From Simkaniaceae bacterium (lineage in GTDB: Bacteria > Chlamydiota > Chlamydiia > Chlamydiales > JACRBE01): DNA of 64,000 nucleotides. A model generated the notes under the pieces. It was not told where the DNA came from. It did no database searches and saw nothing but the letters and a program-made list of their open reading frames with translations. Of this stretch, positions 63,371-64,000 are shown one piece after another. Location of the stretch: NCBI GenBank assembly GCA_022763045.1, contig JALEGI010000002.1:21368-85367 (forward strand). Reading direction: 5' to 3'. The first letter of the stretch is position 1; the number at the start of each line of letters is the position of its first letter. Made by a program: the position numbers and the translations under genes.

Positions 63371-64000
63371 TCACTGGGGCAACAGGACTTGTTGGCTATC
63401 ACCTTGTGAAGGCGCTTAAAAATAAGCGTGTGATCGCACTCGTTCGCGATCAAGACCCGCAAAGCTTACTCCTTCAGTCTGATCTCGATATTGCCATTGT
63501 CAATGGATCTCTTGAAGATGAGAGTGTGATTGAACGCACACTTTGCGAGTATGAAATTGGGCAAGTCTACCATCTTGGTGCCCAAACAATTGTGGGCTGT
63601 GGCGAGCGCATGCCTGTTGCTACCTTTGAATCAAACATTCGCGGCACCTATCTTCTTTTAGAGGCGTGTCGTCGCCAGCGCGATCTGGTAAAGCACATTG
63701 TGATTGCCTCGAGCGACAAGGCCTACGGCACCTCGCTTGAGCTCCCCTATCGCGAAGAGATGCCACTGCATGGGAAGCACCCCTACGACGTTTCCAAGTC
63801 GTGTTGTGATCTCATTGCCCAGAGCTATGCACACACCTATGACATGCCCATTGCAATTAGCCGCTGCGGCAATATTTTTGGAGAGGGAGATCAAAACTAT
63901 TCACGCCTGATTCCTGGGACGATTCGCAGCTTACTGCGCGATGAAGTGCCCATCATTCGCAGCGATGGCACCTTTTTGCGTGACTATATTTATGTGGAAG
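63346..64000 (+). CDS. rfbG: CDP-glucose 4,6-dehydratase (3' end beyond the window)
   Basis: Frame open from the ATG at 63346 to the window end (not in the ORF track). MDDGEAVLVTGATGLVGYHL (Rossmann GxxGxxG) and the catalytic PYDVSKSCCD (YxxxK). Confidence 0.8.
   Translation, partial: MDDGEAVLVTGATGLVGYHLVKALKNKRVIALVRDQDPQSLLLQSDLDIAIVNGSLEDESVIERTLCEYEIGQVYHLGAQTIVGCGERMPVATFESNIRGTYLLLEACRRQRDLVKHIVIASSDKAYGTSLELPYREEMPLHGKHPYDVSKSCCDLIAQSYAHTYDMPIAISRCGNIFGEGDQNYSRLIPGTIRSLLRDEVPIIRSDGTFLRDYIYVE

Noticed and set aside
1-64000. A search for transposase, integrase, phage or plasmid-transfer genes that could mobilise the repeats
   Set aside because: No ORF in the window shows DDE, HUH/tyrosine-transposase, serine- or tyrosine-recombinase motifs that I can recognise. 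Any mobilising enzyme must be encoded elsewhere or has been lost.

Overview
Gene-dense chromosomal segment, roughly 90% coding. Gene content and local gene order suggest a chlamydia-like bacterium (phylum Chlamydiae) outside the classical Chlamydiaceae. Supporting genes: sigma-66-type rpoD next to rpsT, tyrB-mreC, recC-recB-recD, thrS-parA, a long greA next to nqrA, hemB next to a long thyX, two tyrP genes, MOMP-like porins and an ankyrin protein. All calls come from reading the supplied translations and hand-folding RNAs; no database search was possible. I call 2 tRNAs (Ala-GGC, Pro-GGG), about 60 CDSs (two run off the window edges and are absent from the ORF track: mreC at the left, rfbG at the right), one clear intrinsic terminator and a family of short repeats. 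The most unusual signal is not a gene. The 13-mer GGCTTTACAGAGA occurs at least 18 times exactly, against about 0.002 expected. Half the copies sit inside unrelated housekeeping genes in only two reading modes. The other half sit in spacers, joined to a 25-nt perfect palindrome (AGCTTGTAAAGC-G-GCTTTACAAGCT) to form REP/BIME-like mosaic units that abut or supply stop codons. This distribution resembles DNA uptake sequences, and a CoiA-like competence-family gene and recCBD lie in the same window; that link is a hypothesis only. Other accessory features: an AT-rich islet beside tRNA-Pro; a signal-peptide sugar-kinase/ankyrin fusion; three signal-anchored glycosyltransferase-like proteins; a YjbH-family outer-membrane protein between nqrA and hemB; a tandem pair of unknown paralogues; and an rfbF/rfbG CDP-sugar cluster.
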